A stretch of 64,000 nt of DNA from Leptolyngbyaceae cyanobacterium (GTDB lineage: Bacteria; Cyanobacteriota; Cyanobacteriia; Phormidesmidales; Phormidesmidaceae). The stretch covers positions 20,101-84,100 of the forward strand of contig JBHJHA010000020.1 of assembly GCA_050331235.1 (NCBI GenBank), in the 5' to 3' direction. Shown piece after piece: positions 59,192-64,000 of the stretch. Position 1 is the stretch's first letter. Every line of letters begins with the position of its first letter. The notes beneath the pieces are model-generated. The model was given only the letters and a program-made list of their open reading frames with translations, did no database searches and had not been told where the DNA came from. Both the position numbers and the translations under genes were made by a program.

Positions 59192-62133
59192 TCACTACTG
59201 CCACGGCTGAACCCACGGTGACCAAAGGCGCCGAGCGCGGCTATGGGACTTGGTTCAAAACGGGGCTAGGCTTACTCCTCATGGTGGCCCTAACGGTCAT
59301 TGTGTTGGCCCTGTTGCGCCCGATTCGCGAATGGTGGTTTGGCTGGTTTGGTAATCTGCCAGGGTTGCTGCAGCTGGTGCTCAATTTGCTGTGGATTGCG
59401 ATCGTGGCGGTGATTGTTGCCGGTTTGCTGGCGCCGCTGGAGACCCTCGGTTGGTGGGCCGGCTGGTATGAGGACGAGGTCAATACGACAGAAAATGCTG
59501 GAGAACTTGCGGAACCAGTAGAGGATATCAGCGACATTCAGCGGTACATCGTTTATCTAGACGGTATTGGCAAGTCGAACTTCGAGTATCTGCCTGATGT
59601 CGAAGAGTTTTTAGACACGCTGACCCCGCAGCTGCCGGAGGGGGTGGCGCTGGTGCGCGGCATCATGCCCTACTCGGTGATGAATAAGCCGCTAGATGAA
59701 GATCGGACCCTGTCTTTCTTTTGGCGATATGCGGACAAGCTACGGTTTGCTAATCCTGCTAGTTTGTTGGGGCTTATCGTCAATATTCGCAATGTGCTAA
59801 TTGTCGGCGTGTCGGCGGACAAGCGCTACGGGCCACTTTATAACCAGGGCATCGCTCAAATCGTCTTTAGTGGCTTGCTGAAAAATGGCTATCGGCCTGG
59901 CAGCGGGACGCCCATTACCTTTATTGGCTACAGCGGCGGCGGCCAGATGTCTTGTGCCTGTGCGCCCTTCTTAAAGCGGGCGATCGCCGCCCCCATTGAC
60001 GTCATTTCCCTCGGTGGCGTAATCAGTGCTAACAGCAATTTACTCAAGCTAGAGCAACTGCATCACCTAGTGGGGGCTAAAGATGATGTGGAGCGGCTAG
60101 GGCCAATTATGTTTCCCGGTCGATGGCAGCTGTTTCCTCTTTCCTTTTGGAACCGGGCCAAGCGCTTGGGCAAGATCACGATCATTCCTATGGGACCAGT
60201 GGGCCACAACGTACCAGGGGGCATTCTCGACCCCAAGGTGATTTTGGCCGATGGCCGCAGTTCGCTACAGCAGACCATCGACACTATCAACACGATTCTC
60301 AATGGCGAGTTAGAGTCAGTGCTGGACGCAGAGCCGGCCAAGCCCAGCAATTATACATATTACCGGCAGTCGCCACTATGTCAGCCCAGCTACTATCCCT
60401 TAATGCAGTCCCTTGATCGCATGCTGTTTCAGCCTGTGGGCCCGTGGGTCGGCCGGTTGATCTTACCGAGCAAGCAGGCGCGATTGCAGGTGCAAGGTGC
60501 ACTGCTCGAAGTCCACCACGCGCCCCCTGACTATGCCCATTTGACGGGGCAAACCCTGCCGCTACGCTGGTGCCTGGAACGCCCCGAGGTAAAGCGCCTG
60601 GTCAAAGCGGTCACGCGCGATGTCAACTTTAGCGCCGACGCAGAGTACAGCAGCAAGTTTGGCGGCATGGTACTCCCAAATCGGATTAATCGGTGGCGGC
60701 AAGTCGATCCGTTGGAGTCTTTAGCCGCGGGGCATCCCGTTGATGACATTACGGTCATGCTAGGCAAGGTTGAGGTGCGCGGAGATCGCGACGGCAACCC
60801 TGCTCTTTACACCCATCATCAACCGGTGGAAGTCTCCGGCCGTTACTACGCCCTTGTCCAGTTCATCGCGCCGGTGGACACTGACCAATACCGCGTACGG
60901 CATTTTAATGCGGCGACTCGTCAGTTTGACGGACCTGAGGCTGTCTTTAGCACGCCGCTAGCGCTGTTGGCTAAGGACTACGGCAGCTATCCCTCGACCC
61001 TCAATCAGGTCGAAAACTCTCCCTGTAATGAACAAGGGTGGTATGTGTATGGCGCGCAGGACCATCAGGGGCAGTTTGTGGTGCAGGCGTGGATGCCCCG
61101 GTCGCTGGTGAGATTACAGCCTGATCGTGTCGTTTTTGGCGGAAAGCAAACCTATCGCTACATCCGTAAGGAAGCGTGGTCGGATATCGCCACCCAGAAG
61201 GGACAGGTTGCTTCGGTTTTGGGAACGCCTCGGGATAATGGCTCCACAGCGGCCATTCAAGCGGCGATCGCCGACTGGCAGGTGGGCGATCGCGCGCTGG
61301 TGCTGCACACCTACGGCGGCATTGGCGGTACCAAAAAGGAACCCGCTGCGGCTACGCCGATCTTCTTTGGCCATTTTGCCTTTGGGGTGGCGGAGGTAAT
61401 TCAAGATCCCCTGGCGGATGAGCCCCGTTTTGACATCCGCTATTACCAGGTGTATACCCAAAATACCGATGGCTTAGTCGCCGGCACGCTGCACTGGTCA
61501 CGCTATTTGGGGCATCGGCAACTCGGGTGGCTGGGCAACCGACCGACTTGTGACATTTTGCTCAAGCTGCCCTGTTTTACCGAAGACTACGATTTTGCCG
61601 GCGATCGCCGCTCTCCTCTGCGCCGCATGGAAGCCTTTTTGATGGCCATGACGGCTCGCTATCGCATCGGTGATGGCACCGGTGCTACCTATGTTGGTCC
61701 GGCCAATAACTGCTCCCAAGATTCCAACCAGGCGCTGTTTGCTGCCATTCAGCAAGTGGGACGAGCGATCGGTCGCGGCGATGTGCAGCTTCAACAACGG
61801 CAAAAATGGCAGCAAGAGCATCCCGAACAGGCGACTCGGTTCGCCCAACTGCAGCGTTTTGGCAAAGAGTTGAAGCAAACCCTACAGCCCTTTGGCAAGC
61901 CCCGAGCTGACTGGGAAACCAACGAATTCAACCTAGGCAGCACTTTGGAGGACAAGCCCCTGGAGAACTTGATGCTGGGCATTAGCAGTTGGCGAACGCT
62001 GCTGCCGCGCAAGGCCGGTGATACAGTCGCCAAGACGTTTTTGGACTATGGTGCCGCCGCGTGGGTGTTGCGCACTAATCAGGTCGGCGGTCACGACCCC
62101 GATATCGAACCCATCGCCCCGATGACGCTATAG
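59188..62133 (+). CDS. Large membrane-anchored cyanobacterial protein with alpha/beta-hydrolase-like and permuted papain-like motifs (family often labelled CAAX protease)
   Basis: GWWAGW, YLDGIG, GYSGGG, HTYGGIGG, GHFAFG, NNCSQDS. Confidence 0.75.
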   Translation: MITTATAEPTVTKGAERGYGTWFKTGLGLLLMVALTVIVLALLRPIREWWFGWFGNLPGLLQLVLNLLWIAIVAVIVAGLLAPLETLGWWAGWYEDEVNTTENAGELAEPVEDISDIQRYIVYLDGIGKSNFEYLPDVEEFLDTLTPQLPEGVALVRGIMPYSVMNKPLDEDRTLSFFWRYADKLRFANPASLLGLIVNIRNVLIVGVSADKRYGPLYNQGIAQIVFSGLLKNGYRPGSGTPITFIGYSGGGQMSCACAPFLKRAIAAPIDVISLGGVISANSNLLKLEQLHHLVGAKDDVERLGPIMFPGRWQLFPLSFWNRAKRLGKITIIPMGPVGHNVPGGILDPKVILADGRSSLQQTIDTINTILNGELESVLDAEPAKPSNYTYYRQSPLCQPSYYPLMQSLDRMLFQPVGPWVGRLILPSKQARLQVQGALLEVHHAPPDYAHLTGQTLPLRWCLERPEVKRLVKAVTRDVNFSADAEYSSKFGGMVLPNRINRWRQVDPLESLAAGHPVDDITVMLGKVEVRGDRDGNPALYTHHQPVEVSGRYYALVQFIAPVDTDQYRVRHFNAATRQFDGPEAVFSTPLALLAKDYGSYPSTLNQVENSPCNEQGWYVYGAQDHQGQFVVQAWMPRSLVRLQPDRVVFGGKQTYRYIRKEAWSDIATQKGQVASVLGTPRDNGSTAAIQAAIADWQVGDRALVLHTYGGIGGTKKEPAAATPIFFGHFAFGVAEVIQDPLADEPRFDIRYYQVYTQNTDGLVAGTLHWSRYLGHRQLGWLGNRPTCDILLKLPCFTEDYDFAGDRRSPLRRMEAFLMAMTARYRIGDGTGATYVGPANNCSQDSNQALFAAIQQVGRAIGRGDVQLQQRQKWQQEHPEQATRFAQLQRFGKELKQTLQPFGKPRADWETNEFNLGSTLEDKPLENLMLGISSWRTLLPRKAGDTVAKTFLDYGAAAWVLRTNQVGGHDPDIEPIAPMTL

Positions 62134-62367
62134 CTCTTTAGGTGGGGAGCTACGGAACTGAGGCAGGGTGCCGGCGCGGGAACGCTGGCGGTGTTGGGCA
62201 GTGCGCCGCTGCCAGTGCCAGATTACGTAGGCGATCGCGCTTACCTGTAGAGGAAGGAGCAGCAAGGCTGGTTTCATCATCAGCGGCACATCAGCTTGGG
62301 CAATAACTCCCAAACAGGCGGCGCTAATGAGCACAATTGTGATTTTGACGGAGACTTTACGGTGCAT
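62128..62367 (-). CDS. Small two-helix membrane protein
   Basis: 79 aa with two hydrophobic segments and a basic tail. Confidence 0.5.
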   Translation of the reverse strand: MHRKVSVKITIVLISAACLGVIAQADVPLMMKPALLLLPLQVSAIAYVIWHWQRRTAQHRQRSRAGTLPQFRSSPPKEL

Positions 62368-62425
62368 GAATTAGGTTGAGAACGGTTGCCAAGATCGAAA
62401 AAAGAAAACGAATGCAGTGCAGCTA

Positions 62426-63403
62426 TTAAATTTCTGGGAGTAGCGACTGAGCTTGGGTTTGCAGTTCCGGTGTCTCTATGAGTTGAACAATCTGCCGACA
62501 CCGAGCCCAAACGTCAGATGCGAAGGGTGAAGACGCATCACGAAACGGATATTCATCCTTGTCGATATAGGTCGTAATCGGCTTTGCTTGTTGAATAATG
62601 GCAAGGAAAGCGCGATCGCGTGCCCTTCCCGATAGTCGGTCTTGAGCAATAAAAATCGTATTGAGCCAGCGTTCATATGCCAACTTCGGGCGACTCCTCA
62701 GTGATTCCAAGGCAGCTAGTCTTAAATGACCGAGGACTTGAGCGCTAGGTTGAGTCAAGCTATCAACAAGAGCCTTGTTCTCAGGCCTGACGGAGCTGAT
62801 GATGCGCTTTTGAACGGCAACGCAGAGATGTTCGTAGGGAAATAGCCAGCCTCCCTGTTGAATCAAATCATACAGCACCCTCCAGGCGTTAGTATCCAGG
62901 TTGCATCCCAAAACCCGATGGCAGAAGTCGATTCGGCTGCAGTGGCGAAACCCAACCGAGTCGGTAAAAAAGTCATCAATCTGCATCCTCAGGATGCCTA
63001 AGCTTCCATAACTGGAGCCAAGGGCATCGGGGGTAAGGGGGGCATAGTGCTCCAGCGGCTGTAGAATATTCCACAGCTTTCCCCATAATTTTCCCGTAAC
63101 TTGCTTGGTGGTTATACCAATCAAGGGCTGCAGCAGCTTTTTTTGTAAGGAAATAGCGTCACCTGAGTTCTGCCAGGAAGCGCTTGACCAGAAAGTATCG
63201 GTAATATCGAACAGGCTCTCAAAGACGTAAACCTCCGGTATTGGTAAATCCAAACACCAATAAGCCTTATTAATTGCGGATTGAATCGCCAATTCAGACG
63301 ATAAATTGCCAGGAAAAGTCAGATTTTGCCACTTCTGTTGGTAGTCAGTCAGTTGACCTTCTTGGGCGAGCGTTAGCTGACTAATTGTCTGATTTTCTGT
63401 CAT
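62426..63403 (-). CDS. Hypothetical protein, N-terminal half DUF6745-like
   Basis: LT..QE..L..Y..KW N-terminus and GGWLFPYEHLCVAV motif. The family assignment is tentative. Confidence 0.6.
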   Translation of the reverse strand: MTENQTISQLTLAQEGQLTDYQQKWQNLTFPGNLSSELAIQSAINKAYWCLDLPIPEVYVFESLFDITDTFWSSASWQNSGDAISLQKKLLQPLIGITTKQVTGKLWGKLWNILQPLEHYAPLTPDALGSSYGSLGILRMQIDDFFTDSVGFRHCSRIDFCHRVLGCNLDTNAWRVLYDLIQQGGWLFPYEHLCVAVQKRIISSVRPENKALVDSLTQPSAQVLGHLRLAALESLRSRPKLAYERWLNTIFIAQDRLSGRARDRAFLAIIQQAKPITTYIDKDEYPFRDASSPFASDVWARCRQIVQLIETPELQTQAQSLLPEI

Positions 63404-63852
63404 GGTAATGTCAAAAACTTAGAGCCAAAAGTTGTTACCTGCTTAGCTAATTCAGCAAGGTTTTGGCGCTCAAATACCAGTAGGCCCCTGGAAAAGTCAA
63501 CAAACCAGATAAAGCTTGGTGTGCTGATCCATTCAAATAACATGGCAATTTTCTCGCTCATACTGCGAGAGACAGTATGCAATACCCGCCGCCACAGAGC
63601 TTCAAACCTCAATCAATCATTTCTAAAAAATTAAGTAAAAAGGACCACCTATGACATTACAGATCATCTTGTTAGGCTATAGCGCCATAGAGCCTGCCAA
63701 AAACTGCTGCCACATGGCCATATCTCCCCATCCCCACGGCAGCGTTGGGGGGGCGTATCGTACCCAAGGCCGCAGACCGTAATACACCATAAATAGCCCG
63801 ATAAAAGCGAGCGTCAGTTGCGACTGCCACATTCGTACGTAGAAGTGGACCA

Positions 63853-64000
63853 GCGATCGCCGCGCTTGCACCACCCGTAGCTGTAGTCCTCTGTATTATC
63901 GATGCCCGCCTCATCGAGATAGACACAGTTGTGTGGCTCAAGTCGTTCCATCTCAACTAGAAACGCTTGACGCTTGTTGGCATCCCGTTCGTGGCAGGCG
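63853..64000 (-). mobile_element. Truncated IS630-family transposase fragment running off the window end
   Basis: Frame from 63999 reads HERDANKRQAFL.EMERLEPHNCVYLDEAGIDNTEDYSYGWCKRGDR (first catalytic Asp motif), then loses similarity and stops at 63814. Confidence 0.8.

Larger units (their letters stand above)
1..64000. repeat. HIP1 octamer GCGATCGC dispersed throughout
   Basis: Dozens of occurrences in coding and non-coding DNA (not counted exactly). Confidence 0.95.

Noticed and set aside
1..64000. CRISPR array, rRNA/tRNA, prophage or intact IS
   Set aside because: No regularly spaced repeats, RNA-gene signatures, phage genes or complete transposases were seen by eye.

Overview
A 64-kb chromosomal segment of a beta-cyanobacterium. 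The GCGATCGC (HIP1) octamer is dense throughout, and the window carries ccmK3/K4 and gap2. The NrtP-type nitrate permease suggests a saline or marine lineage (inference). Most of the window is housekeeping and nutrient acquisition: urtABCDE with ureF/ureG, futA and exbB-exbD-exbD, nirA-nrtP-narB-narM, prfB with its programmed +1 frameshift, 6S RNA, menF, comF, queD, rpmG-rpsR-RNase II and gap2. Readable regulatory sites include NtcA-activated promoters for urtA and nirA (nirA also has an NtcB site), an NtcA-repressed promoter for a DUF4278-PirA gene, Fur-like boxes at futA, and the conserved rbp 5'-UTR boxes. The items most worth follow-up are: (1) a large membrane enzyme gene apparently split by a G9 tract, with lipase-like and permuted papain-like motifs; (2) a divergent PlsY fused to a rifampin-phosphotransferase-type dikinase; (3) a UrtD-TerB fusion; (4) a structured leader before the DUF4278-PirA gene with partial glutamine-riboswitch resemblance; (5) a fluoride-riboswitch-like hairpin in an ORF-free ~850-bp gap; (6) an IS630 remnant broken at a HIP1 site. 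I saw no tRNA, rRNA, CRISPR array, prophage or intact IS. All family assignments are from motif recognition, not database searches.
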